In this document: positions 12,916 through 26,571 of the stretch, one piece after another
Numbering within the stretch: position 1 is the first letter of the stretch
Layout: the number at the start of each line of letters is the position of its first letter
Assembly (NCBI GenBank): GCA_964304625.1
Contig: OZ199838.1
Span: 4,365,354-4,429,353 of the forward strand
DNA length: 64,000 nucleotides
DNA from: Kudoa neothunni
Lineage: Eukaryota; Animalia; Cnidaria
Direction: 5' to 3'
Made by a program: the position numbers and the translations under genes
Notes under the pieces: generated by a model
Seen by the model: the letters and a program-made list of their open reading frames with translations, nothing else
Told to the model about the DNA's origin: nothing
Databases searched by the model: none

Positions 12916-15900
12916 ATGGATTTTTATGATATTCCAAGCAAGTTTAAAGTTCAGCGTAAGGTGAACACATTGCTTAAACCTTCCATCGGTGTGTTAGCAT
13001 CACCATTAGCTGAAGGGTCGCTTTTGTTAAATGATTTGTCTTATGTGGAATTGTTCCGACATTTTTCTACTATTCCTTATGCTGGTAATTTTAATAAATT
13101 CACATATTTTATAGCTATTAGAAATATGGATAAAATTGATCGTGTTCTTCCCCTTATTTAGAGGTTGTTAACAGTCTCTCCAAAACGTCAAAAAAAACTC
13201 AAGTGCTACAACTGGATAATTTTAACATGAATTTTGTTGATTTGAATATCTATTCAAAAATCGATGCCTCAACAAGAAATGATATGTTAAAACAAATGTT
13301 AGATGATTCACTCACTCGAGATGATGTCACCAGCAAACAACTTTTATGTGGGAATAACAAAGATGATTGTTTTTTTCAAAGTAACTCCATCTACCTTTCG
13401 TGTTTGTTTCGAATTGCAATACATTTCCTAACAATAGGAGATTTTTCGTATTGCTCTTGGTTTGAGAATTTTGTCGCCATTAACAACCAATTCATTGATG
13501 ATGCCAAGTTCTACAATCACGTCAACTCTATTGTAGGAGTTGTATATGTGGTGTCCAATGAAGAAGCTGATGTCATCCAAACTGTTAAAAATATGGAGGA
13601 ACGTGTGGAGAAATTAATTTCAGATCCTCAACATCGTCTTAATCAGTTGTCTCATTGGTCATCTAAATTGATTCATCGTTATTATTTGGTTGTATATGAT
13701 AATTATAAATATGGAAAGGCTGGTCTATCTCACAAGTAGTTATTTTGATAATTACATCGTTTTTGTTCTAATTATGTCTAATTGCTGAATGTACTTTTCA
13801 ATTACTTTTGTCATTATATAATGGCACTAACAAACAAAAGCCGCCTGCTTTATTTAATTATAAATGGTGACGGCACCAATTAAAGTTATAAATTTGCATT
13901 TAAACAATTTAAAACTGTGATATAATACAACAATTTTCTAAAGGACTAACATATAATTAATATTGTGGTATTATAGCTTATTGTGTGGGTGATCATCACC
14001 TTCATCCCTATTGTTATTGTTAATCACTACTTGTATTTGAGGAATATTAATATGGGATATAAATGACTGGATATTCTTAATTATTGAAAATCAAATTAGA
14101 ATATGCCGTTATATATATATGTTCATTTATCGTCTGGTTTATTTAGGCGAAGCAACAGCAATATTTCCACCAATAGCAATGTGTTGGATTACATGCAAAC
14201 ACATTTCAACGGAGAAGGACATTTTATAGAGCTGAACTCGGGTTGTAGGGAAGATTCCTACGTCAAATTTATGGATTCCTATCACAAAAACGTATCTATA
14301 TTGTTTTCATATAAACTGCGCTTTTGTTTATTTGTATTAATTTAATTGTCAATAATTATGATGAAATATGACATTGAAATTTGTTTGTGGTTAAAACAAT
14401 AGCTTCTAATTCCAGTTAATCTCTGTCAATTATATTCTGACAATATGCAAGTTTCTCATTGTTTGCCAATCGCGTGATATTCATATTATTTGTTATACAA
14501 ATTTTCTCATTAGTTGTATTTATGATTTTAAAAAATGGGTGTGATAAAATGATTTCGTCTTGGAATATCTTTGAGACATAATGAAATACAGTCGGCGCGC
14601 ATATTTTATTGAATTAACGTGGCTAACAACATTTTAAGTGTAATTTATTTTAAAGTTAAATATCTTCGCGGCATTCCCTAAATTAACAAGATTCGCTAGT
14701 TTATTGTTTTATTCGGATAACATAACTAGAAAGAAAATTTATATCTAATAAGGGAGTAGGTTTGTTATTTATTTTTTTTGGTATCGCACTATTAAAATAA
14801 TTTAATATAAAGCTTCAAAGTTATACTTTTCAGATTCGCTACTTTTATTAGCATAGAATAATTTTACTGAGTATTAAGAAATGAATTCAATTGTTAAATT
14901 GGAAGAGATTAAAATTAATTGGTCAATGTGATATAATTTTCTTTGAAATCAAACTCTCTAATTAATTTAAATAATAGATTTAATTGATGAAATATAGGAT
15001 AAACAGTTCCTTTTGAAATATTCATTAAATTGTAGCTCAATCCTACCCATTATTTGAAATTATTATTTATATAATTTTTTGTTCTATTATTTTTAAATAT
15101 TTATAAACAATGAAGTTCTTATTTTTTTATAATATCATTGAAGGAATTTTTGATTTAGAGTCTCTCGATGTTATGTTTTTTAAGCTTTTCTTATTTATTA
15201 TTAAAAAAATCATTTAAATGTTTATTACAATCTGAAAAATATTGGAATAATTATTTTCTTATTGAATTTTGTTAGACTTGCAATAAAACACGAATATTTG
15301 GCATTACCTTCGTAATAAATGTGTTAATATTGTAAATTTAATAAAAATAATACATTTTTAATCGCCATAAATCTGTTCACTATCCCTTTTTCTGTCGCTT
15401 ATAATATATAAACCTGACAAATTAGTATGGTCTTTACAAAGTGGGTCAGTCTTCTCTAATGTGTTCAGTATAACCAATAATTTAGAAAAAATCTTAAAAT
15501 ATATGAGTTTTATTTTAAAAGTTAAATTAGCTGAAGTGTGAGGCGATGAAGCATAAGCAGAGTTGAAAGAAATACTTGGTTATTTTTGTGTAATGATGGT
15601 TTTTATTTTGGAAATAATTGGAATTAATATGATAGATTTAACAGGCAGTTTTAAAATTATTTAGCATGTTGGGCACAATAATTAAACAGATTTATAATAA
15701 CTAATTGATAATTAAAGTAAAAATGCGAAATATGGAACTTGCAGTTAATAATTAGTCGAGATTCAGGTTTCTGGATCTAATTTCGTTAATTAAAGGTTAA
15801 TCTGATTTACTGGCTACTTTAAGTTACGTTTATGTTTTCATTATTCCAAAAAAATTTTATTGCTTATAAAAAATTATATTACTCAAGTTTTAAATAATTC

Positions 15901-18900
15901 ATGTAATTTTGATCTATGTAGCATAAATGAAAATGAGATAATTGAATTGAATTTCCCGAATTAAGGTTACGTGGCCCAAAGAGGGTTAATATGTAAAATA
16001 TATATGCAAGAAATTTTTATTATTCTCAATTCCAATTGATGGTTTACTTTAACGTTATCCTGCTAATGTTTTAAAGTTGAATTTACGTTATGTATTTAGA
16101 TAATTGTAAAGGAGAAGCTCTTGGAAAGCACTAAGAAAAAAGCTAATTCGGTATCCAGTCAGGCATTATATACTAAACCGTCATTTGGTAAATTATTTAA
16201 TTGGGGTGGTAATGTTTGACTTTAAAATTTTCAGTCGACCCTTTGAATGCGAACGGTGGATGTGACCATCCTCTTTCAGACACCAGCGCCAAATCCGTTG
16301 TTGAGGGTTCCTCTGATAATACTATTCCCAGCATATTGACATCTAGCAGAATACAACGGCAATTATGGTACAGCCCATGCGACACACTTTTGTACAATAG
16401 TCGCCAGCTTAATCCACCGTTTTATTTGAACGATACAGACCTCGAAAAGATCTCTAATTTTATATTGGTGTATGTGACCAGCTCGCTGATTCCATTTTTG
16501 TTCGATCTAAAAATTCAAATTCAGCAGGCTGTGAGCATGAAAATGCGCGGAACAAAATATTTTTTAAATTCAGCAAAGGAGTTTTTTCGATACGGTAAAA
16601 ATTACTCCAAAATGTCAGCTTCTCTTATATCCTCTTCATCTTTGTCATCCCTCCATTCTCGGAGTAATTCCGGCCAAATTCAAGAAAAATATATCTAGTG
16701 GGGACATGAAAAAAAATTTACAAGCTTCCTATGACACTATATTTTCTAACTTCCCCAACGTGAATGGACTCAGGAAATTCCAAGCTGATATCACTTTCAT
16801 CCTTCAGGATTATAACGAAGCCTACTCTCTATACTCCCAACTATTCAAGGAACTCAATAGCAATGAGATTAGTGAACAGTGCTTGAAAACGATCGCTGGT
16901 CATTAGAGATGCGTCTCATTACCTCATTTTTTATTGATAACACCAAAAACATCACTGTGACTCAATGTGATATGGTCCACACTCGTTATGCTAATTCTCA
17001 CAATCACACAAGATTTTGCTACCTAATGTCTACAATTTTCTTGAGTATGAACCGTTGCTTGGATAGTTGTAATGTTTTGGCAAATCTCTCACAAAACACT
17101 CAAGATTATTCATTTCTTCCCATTATTCTTGAACAGATCGGTGCTCTCATGTATCGGTTCCTAAGAATGACCAATTTGTTTGGAGTAGATCGTATTCACT
17201 ATAGAAAGTATGCCCATTACATGTTGATGGGCTGGACAAGATTATTACAAAAGTAAGCAAGTAATTCGCTTTGATTGTAAGAAATTCCCCTGAATTTTGT
17301 TAGTTTATTCATGGTCATTTATGCTATCAAAAGGCCTACAATTGTTACAGCCTATTAAACTGGCCCTACCTTAAAGTAACTAATCTACTGAAATATAAAT
17401 AGATGCCTGAATGTGTGAATTTTAATTCATTAATAACGCGGAAAGAAAATGTGGGTAATATGCTTTAGTATTAAGAAATGACTATTTTTACTAGAAATAA
17501 TATTTAAATAAGGCTATAAATAATTAAATATAACATATTCTAAATAATTAAATTAACCCTCGAAGGATGGTGTTCGGAAAAGTTCCTTTAAAAATAGTAG
17601 ATGTTATTTTAGACTCCAGTAGTTTTATCTTAGCTTTTTGGAATAAATTAAAAAAATATTACATTTTAATATCAATTATTTATGCTACTATTATATATAC
17701 TTAAAGGTCTAAAACATACTGAAACCCCAAATGTAAAAGTAAGCCTATAGATACAATATTAAAAGTAGATGAACTATAATTTTACTCAAAATGGTAAGTT
17801 ATCAAATTGATGACCTATTTTTGAAATTTAAACTAGCGGGGAAATGAAATGACAGCATTTATACATGTAAACGCTCAAGGTTTTTATTCAATTATTATCG
17901 ATAAAGATTTATTTTAATCATGAATTACGTTCAATTTTTTTCATTTCTTTCAGCATATCACCCAAGTTCGACGTTTAATTTAGTAAATTCCGACATTTTC
18001 CCATAATAAACCATTACTTTTTAATATTTACTCAGTATTCTAAATGGAAATATCTCATTAAAATTATTTACTTCATCGCCGAGAAATACCATATTTCTCT
18101 TTCCGCAAACCAATCTTAGGATAATCCTTTCGCATCACTAATATTTTTAATTATTATGTCATTGATTATTCACTTTAACTTTTTAGTGTCATGTAAATCG
18201 AAGCTACATCAAATCGCTTTTCCACCTCAAATGCTATGAAAGAATTATAGATATGCTAAAAAATCATGATTTTTACAATACACAGATTGATGCTCAGAAT
18301 CAATTGGTCAATCTACAGTTTATTTTTAATCTTTATCAAGTAGACGTATGATGATGATGACTGTCAGTTATTTATTTTTTAGTATTTTAACCAGCACTTT
18401 TCCAAATTGCTTCAATCATCACAATCCCATGTTTCTTTCTCTGGTGGGTCGTTGCTGGTGTTTCCCCCTATTAAACTCATCTTAATTTCAATTGTACATA
18501 TGAATAATGAGGTTCAGCCGTTGAATTCAGAACAGTGTGATATATGCGATTTGAGTAATTTTTCAAGTGGGTATCCATCCATTTCTTTAAGCGTATGAAC
18601 TTGTTAGATCCCCGTCTTAAGCCTAATGACCACAATTCTCTCTATCATTCGAGAAATATATCATTGAACCGTTTGTGTGACTCTTGTGGAATAGGAGTAT
18701 TTAATGAGAATGCCGATGAAATTCTTTTAAATGCTGCACGAAAACATTTACCTATATCACACACTGACAAATATTATTCTATCTCGCCATCGTCATGTTG
18801 CTATAAAAAAACGCACACCTGAAACTCCCCCACCACTACAACAATATTATAAACAGTAAGAATTTTCCTTCACATATATTCTCACAATTAAATTCATCGG

Positions 18901-21900
18901 CATTAAAGATAAGTATCGAATATTTCTAACTCTATCTCACAACTTTTCTGTTCCTATCATTATCTCAAACATTTAAAGTAAATTGGACTTTTGTGCCTTC
19001 CGACCAACAAGAAACACACACCAATTGTCACATGGAGATTAATGAAGAAAACGTAATATTTCAATAACTTGTTCATGCTAGTTAATGTTTTTCTAATTAA
19101 GTGTTCAGCTTATAAATCGCTGATTGAGCTTGGTGACAACAATTTTGGCGGAACAATATGTCTGAATGGTGCTGATGCAGCCAAGGTAAATTTTGCTTGA
19201 CAACACACTCACTATAACCAATAATTCATTTATGTTTACGTAATTCCATAATATAATATAGATATATTTGGACGTGATCCCTCGTACCCCAGGTTATTTT
19301 ACCATTTCTAGTGTTTCCTACCAAATATTCTCAATCAACTGTGATTCAACGTTATTCCTCGAGAAACAGCCTCTTGACAACATCTCTTTCGAGCCGTCAC
19401 GTGAAACGTCACTCACTGATCCTTTTGAAACCAGTCCAACTTATTCGTCATTTTTCACCTCAACAAATAACAATTTAAATTTTTTATATGGATCAGATGG
19501 AATTCAATATCGAGCGCTATCGGTACCGACATTTTTTAATTCCACAAGAGCGTCTATTCCTGACGACAATGATATATTTGGCGAGGATCGCGAGACTGAT
19601 GAACCTCTCCAATCATTTAATAATCTGATAATTCAACCTAATTCTAACCGAATGTCTAATGATAGTCATGAAAGTGAGCAAATATTTAGTTTTTATAATA
19701 TAAAGTGAGTCATTTAGTAAATTTTGAGTATAAAGTAAAAGTTGACAGCATCTCAATGTGCAGCAATAAGATTTCGATGCATTTCCACTCCCTTAGAAAT
19801 TCGTTTCCAACTGTAAATTTCAATCATCTCATTATATGATTATAATTTTATGATTGTAATAGGCCTCTATTAAATCTTGGAAAATAAACATGTTTTTTTA
19901 AAGAGTGTTGTAAGGCTACTCTTAAGCTCGATCAATTATTAGAAGAGAAAAAACACCGAAAATGATGGCTGTTATTATGGTTTTGTTCGTATCGAATCAA
20001 CTTGTGTTGATTTTGATGATTGTTTCCAAGTGGTGGCAGACAACACTTATTCCTGCGACAACCAAGGTACTCGATATCTGGTATTATCCAAAATTGATGA
20101 GATAATCGAGTTACCCCTCCGAATGATATACCATTCGAATTTGTTTTTGGATCCCCCGCCAAATAAATTTTTCCACGTAGTTCATCACACTAGAATTATC
20201 GTTCTCTTGGGCTTTAAAAATAGCAGTGGATCCATTTACTTTAAAAACTACACTATACCTTTATACAATATTTTTTTGGAAAGTATTTCCACCAACATTC
20301 ATGTGCATGAATTGGATCCTTATTTGTATGTCGGCCAGTCATTAGATTTTTCGGCATTCCGTCTTCGTCTGGAATGCACATCTAAACTAACCAACACTAG
20401 CACCAGTGTTTTTTTCAGTTGTTTTCAGCGACCTGTTGTTGTGCGCTGACCACATGGAGGTAGATAATGTAAAGTTGGATAATACATCATTAGACAGTGA
20501 CGGCCAAATTGTTAACCATCTTGCAGAATGTTATCCTAGAGTAGTAGTATCTCAATCACAACAACGGCAATCAACGCCATATGTTTCATGCGGACGTCAA
20601 AACCTTAATCCCAACTTTGTCGATGTAATACATTTTTCCTATATATATTTTTTTGTTAGTTCAAATATTGTGTTATAAACTTATAATTATGTGTGAGTTT
20701 AATATTCTTTTTTAATTTAAGCATTTTATTGTTGGGATATTTACTCATTGTTTTTAGACATTCAAGCGACTGTTGTCTAATAGAACTCTCTTGAATTATC
20801 CATATGAAATAAAGATGCTTCTACTTTTTCAAGTAATTCTCCATTATTTTTTCATTTATAAGATATATTTAACACAATCCATTATATACGATATGTCTGG
20901 GGGGGCGGAATTTGCGATAATATCAAATTTTAGATATATACACGCGAAAATAAATTATGTAACTTTAAGAAAGTGGTCGATGAATTTAAATGATTAATGT
21001 ATTTATGATTTTCTGGGCGAAAAAGAATAGAAATGATGGGAGTTATTTATCAGTGATTCCCAAATGGGCCGAGGTTCGGGGGGCATTAGGGGTTTGCTCT
21101 ATCATTCCATTGTGCGTTTATCTGACCAGGATATCATAAAGTCATCACATATTTTCACTTAACTTATAAGATATTTTTAATATAATATACGATGGGTTCG
21201 TAATTAAATTATTGTGTCTTATTGGTTACATATCCCGCTAAACAGGGCTCGTATGTAATAGGTTGGGGAACAATGCCCCACTAGGTAAAACCGCTGCGCT
21301 TACGCGCGAGCAAGCTCTGATTTGATTTTTTGCACAGTTAATAATCTTCTTATATATGATAGATAATGACATTTCTTTATTTTAGCTTAAAATAGACGAT
21401 TGCGAACGTGCCCTCCCGCATTGCATGTTAAAAATATAAAGTATTATTTTGTACACTTTTCGTCAATTCATATAAGATATTCGCGTCATATTGTCAGAAA
21501 AGAATTATTTCTAATTGCGTGTTAACCTTGGTTGTTGTCATTGTACTCAAATTTTAATTTTTTATGTCATTTTTATTTCATTACAAATTAGATTCAATAA
21601 TAAATAAAAAATTGTCCGGTGACCATATTTAATATCTTACTAAATAAGTGAAAATGATACATGCCTGCTACCAAAAATTTATATTTTTAATGCATTACCA
21701 GACTATCGTTTTTTAGATTATTTGACATTTTATTAGACAAAAGGGTGACACCGGCTAACATAATACAAATAATGCCTCTGTTTTGTTAATTTCGGAGCGA
21801 TTTTGTAGTGTAAGTAATTATTATATATTTTTTGTTATGTCTAAAAAATCCACATTTAATCTGGACCCAACCTACTAATTAATATAAGCTATTAAATATA

Positions 21901-22786
21901 CGCGTTTAATATTGATCGTAATATTCTATTATTACAACTATAAATAAGAGTTGGATTTAAATATTACTTAAGAGAATTCCCCTGATGTCCCTAAGTTTAG
22001 ACAACACTGTTATAATAGTAGCAACTCATATCTTTTTTAATTCTGCTATTTCCAACTTATCGATTCTTGATGTCAAATTAATAATGCATCTGCTTATTCT
22101 AGATAAATTTGACGAAAAAAGTCTGATGATGAAACAAATAAAAATCTTGAAAATTTCACCACTGATGGATACTTTTTTTGTTGGAATTGATACGCCGCCT
22201 GAACTTAAACTCAGTTGGTTCGTTGAAACTCTTTCCAGACCATCTAAGATAATTCCCAACGATAAAATAGCCGATCCTTTTTCGCTTGGGTTCAACGTGG
22301 TTATGGACAATTATCAAATAAAACATAATTTTAATGAGAATCCCGAAAACAATAAGTATTAATTATTTTATTATATTCTCCATAGTTGACTGTAAATGTG
22401 TATAGACTGAGCCCCTATTATGGAAAAGCTACATTATTGTTGTGGAACAAGCTCGATCTACCTCTTTATGTCTACATAGAGTCTCATCCTAAGTAAATGA
22501 ATATGTTGCTAGGTGTCGATTATAACGTTTTCTGAATTATAGCGAAACTCAAAACCATTTTATGTGGCGCGGAAAGACAAAATTTAACGTGACACTACCA
22601 CCATGTCTTCCCAAAAGGAAGATGGTAATCAATAAATTCCAACTGGATTTTATAGTGCTCAACCCTGGAATTTATGATATTGGGAAATTTGTTATGGCAC
22701 TGAGCACAGTAGAAGAAGTTCAACCCTGCACTTCGCCGATTACTTTTGCTTTGAAACGTTCCATACCCTTCGCTGTTCTTGAATAA
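12916..22786 (+). CDS. TRAPPC8: Trafficking protein particle complex subunit 8 (TRAPPC8/Trs85), multi-exon
   Basis: N-terminal KPSIGVLASPLAEGSLLLNDLSYVELFRHF (cf. PCVAALCSDEAERLTRLNHLSFAELLKPF). Also LRKFQADITFILQDYNEAYSLY, AG(S)LEM, ILEQIG..YRKYAHYMLMAG, and C-terminal FMWRGKTKF..LNPGIYDIG. Series of + strand ORF fragments joined by GT-AG introns. Confidence 0.85.
21051..21276. mobile_element. Possible hAT-type MITE in a TRAPPC8 intron
   Basis: Left end CAGTGATTCCCAAAT; right end (reverse complement) CATTGTTCCCCAACC; GC-rich subterminal sequence. No matching TSD found. Confidence 0.35.
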
Positions 22787-23269
22787 ATAAACAACATTCC
22801 ATTTTGTAGTAGAAACCTCACTCTGGCTGACGACCTATTGATATTGATAGTTTTTATACTTTATTTTGTAAGAAGCAATGTGGTCGGCGCCCAAATACGC
22901 TTAGTTTGTTTGATTGTTGTTCTTTTTTGCACATGCTAATAATCAAAACTTTCACATACCTCGGATGAATTAATTTCCATGTTAATCCCCAAATACAGGT
23001 AGATACAGCGACTTATGTGTCGTGCATAATCAAAACTATTACGCACGAGCCATAATTACGTACGACACGTAACTTTGCGCATGTGAAAGTAATCAAAAAA
23101 TTGAAATATTAGGTTAATTTTGACCAACTAGCATACTTATTTAGTTTAATATTTGAATTAATTTGTAATGGCATACGATTTAAAATCTGAAGATTCACAA
23201 AAAATGTAGTATGCGAAATGTGAAATCTTTTTATTAACTCATAAACCAACTAATAAATACAGGTGCTGA

Positions 23270-23480
23270 TTTGGTGTCATCATGAGAAATTTAATAGCTT
23301 TATTAATAAAAATATATTGAGAATCTGCTATTTTTTGCTCTCATCAGTACAATGCACTCTTCCACATATAGATCAAAATTCATATTTTCTCCCTTTGAGA
23401 GTTTTTATTACTTTCGAATTAAGAAATCGTTATAATGTTAAAACGACCAGTTTACATGGGTATAATAGTATTCAAGGCAG
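23270..23480 (-). mobile_element. Possible piggyBac transposase fragment
   Basis: Minus-strand pieces YVEECIVLMRAK and FINKAIKF weakly resemble piggyBac xDEsMxxFKGR / YxPNKPxKxG. Confidence 0.25.
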
Positions 23481-25229
23481 ATCTTATTTTTACATCTAAG
23501 ATCTTCATTGTTTCAAATTAGGCGTTGGATTTATTCGTTATTTTTTTATAATGTTTTATAATTTCAACTTTAGGGATAGAGTTGGAATTTTTTCTACCTG
23601 CTGACGCATAAGCCATAATCTTCATAGTAATGAAAAAAAATCATTACGCACCAGACATAAAATGCATAAAAACTATTGATATTTTAATTTTTTTAAAGTC
23701 AAATCGAGGAAATATGTTTCTTTTTTTATAAAGTTTACAGATTTAAAATTAAATTTTCTATATATTCATTAACTTACGTTTTATTGCGATATTAGGCACG
23801 ACCCATAAGTCATTGTAGTATGGTAGGTCAGTTGTTTGTAGGTTCACAAGAAAAATATAAACACATAATCCGAGTTAATGCATGCTGAGACTAGAATAAA
23901 ATAAGTCAAATAATTAATTATAATTTAATTCCTTCCATTCAATTGGTTGTAGTAAAATAATAAATCTCAATTATGATAGATAAAATCGAGATATTATAAT
24001 TAATATATTATTTTTATCGTTTAATCCGTTCATCCATTTATTGATTGTGGACCAATGTCTTAATAAGTCAATAATTTAAAATTTACCGGTTTTTTTATGA
24101 TTATTTACAACTGTGATGTACAAATATTTATTTTATCTCCCTAAAAGGCATTTAAAAAGTAATTGATGTTTCGTTTAATCAAAAAGTAAATATATTATGC
24201 TTTTAGTACTGCATTAGGATAAGATTCGCGTTACCAAAATTTGATTACTGATAACGACATATACTTCTAATATCTAAAAGAGAAATTTGTTATGTAATGT
24301 AAACACTTACTAATTATGATTCTAATGAATATTTGAATCAAAAATTTTCAAAATTAGAAAAATCTCTAGCTTGCCTAAGCTAATAATTGAGTAAGAATGT
24401 TTAATGGTTGATTTTTTAATATAAAAATGTATATTATACAGAAAATAACTGTTTATGACGAAACTATTTCCATTAATCCAATCATCACTTTAATTGGAAA
24501 GCTCAAACGATTAAGAAAGGGATATTTTTCTGATTGTGTCTATCTAATTAATTGCAGCTTTTTAAACCGGCAACTACGCAAAATAAAATTTAGGTTTTCA
24601 GTACCTTACGCAATTAAGGAAAAAATTGTATAAAAACAAATAATACCAAAATTAAAGATTATGTGTTTCAAAAAATAATATTATAATACCGAGAAATGAC
24701 AACAATATATTTGCTTTCTAAGATTTATTGTTTTAATTTAATATTTATTATCTAAATTATACCCAAAAGGCGATATCAAAAAATTCATATTACGCACTTT
24801 CCCCCACCTCGATGGGATTACGTCTAAGTGGTCGCCTACTGTATTATGAACTCCTTCAGCTCAAAACGTCAGTACGACGGAGCTTGAAAAGAGAATAGAA
24901 TTATGCATCTTATTAATTTTTTGGCATACAACCCTGCTCTTATTTGCATGAAAAATAACCGTTAAGTAATTTTTGATGTCACGACAGTGATAGAGCTTTT
25001 CTAGCAGCGTCATATTCTTCGTATAAATTAGTATGAGTGATATTTTTAGACAACCCCCTCTCAATGATGATACAAATTCTGGCACTGTTAACACAATCAA
25101 TAAAATATTTGGCGTTGATAAAGACAAATAAATAATTCAAACAGGAAGCTTTAGCGTCCAATGTCCACCGAGATAATAGAAGATAGATAGATTGTAATCG
25201 CAGTGGTCCAAAAGTTAAATCCCAGAAGA

Positions 25230-26571
25230 TCAATTATTGTCGATTTTCGATGCAATGATTCCTCTAACTTTTTGAGAATCTTTATAAAAATTCCGTATTC
25301 CCTCGGCCAATTTTTCAGTAGCCATAGCATTTTCGTTCATCATCCAACGAAAGTTGGACTCGGTGATGTGAATTTTTGGGGGAGAAAGGATTTTAGCTAA
25401 CAATAAATAAGCCACAGCAACAATGGTCAATCTTACCACGTTCGACGGATAATTTGACAGGAGCTTCATCAGTAGATTGATAAAGTTCTTCTAGTAATTT
25501 AGGCCTATAGACATACAAGTTAACTTTGATGTGGTAATATCAATGGGGTAATTACGAAATAGTGAGGGCATCAATTCCATTTAGGGCTAAAATTTGGTCT
25601 GTATTCCTAAAAGATGCGCCCATTATAGTGGTCTTGTAGTTGTAAAATTTGTAATAGTTGTATATCTCTTTGACACTGAGAACACCTACAAATCTCAATT
25701 ACTAAACAATAATTCCAAAACAGAAAGACCAGGATCGTCGTCAGGGGCGTAGGACTTAACGCCGGTGTTCTGTACGTACCAATCAAATATTCTTCCAACA
25801 AAAGGACTGACAAGGGTCACGTTGGCTTCTGCACATGCAACCGCCTAAATTCAACCCAGTCAGATAATGAACTTGCCTAATTCTTCACAAACTTGGACAA
25901 GTGAAAAAATTAGAGTGAGGTTGCAGTGGATACCATGCTTTTCTTCGAGGATTCTATGAAGAATTACCAAGTATATTAGATTAAAATGAAATCAACTTGG
26001 CAGCCATAATTCCCTCCCAGGTGGCAGCCACCTTTATTAAAATTCGTTCCTTGGATACACCTAATTGCTCGTACATTTGGATAAGACTGATAGCCTTAGA
26101 GATAGTGGCATCCACATCAAACGACAGACTTTAAATTACATTAAGCACTATCGCACACATGCACTCAGAATACCTTGCATCAACTTCAGTAGACACTCTC
26201 CCAGATATCACATTAAGACATTCTTTGCCAATTAAAACACTCAAATAGTCAATAGCGGTTTCAATCAAACGATCTTTATTATTTCTATTCGAATGTGAAT
26301 AGTTTAGTCCGCAAAAACCCCGCTCATAATACCCTCCTATTTTTTGAGCGTAAGCAATAGCTTTATCAACATAATGGCTGTATTTTTTCATTGTTATCGC
26401 TTGCATTATCAATGATGGGTTAGTAGTTGCATCGATCGGTTTAAACTTTTCGATTGCTAATTATACGCTTGTATTTTTAATGACAGCAGTGAAAATACCT
26501 TCAAAATCACCGGTATCAGCAACTATGAGGGTGTTTTTCTTTAATTCATCTAACTGTGGTAGATTAGGCAT
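25230..26571 (-). CDS. TALDO1: Transaldolase, multi-exon; possible upstream start at 26672
   Basis: Spliced translation [19 protein letters not shown]|[17 protein letters not shown]...[10 protein letters not shown]|LSFD...[13 protein letters not shown]...[12 protein letters not shown]...[22 protein letters not shown]...[11 protein letters not shown]...[22 protein letters not shown]. The catalytic DATTNP and Schiff-base Lys motifs are intact; introns are short GT-AG. Confidence 0.96.

Noticed and set aside
24861-25233. Minus-strand ORFs directly after the transaldolase stop
   Set aside because: No recognisable motifs or splice logic; probably 3'UTR or chance ORFs.
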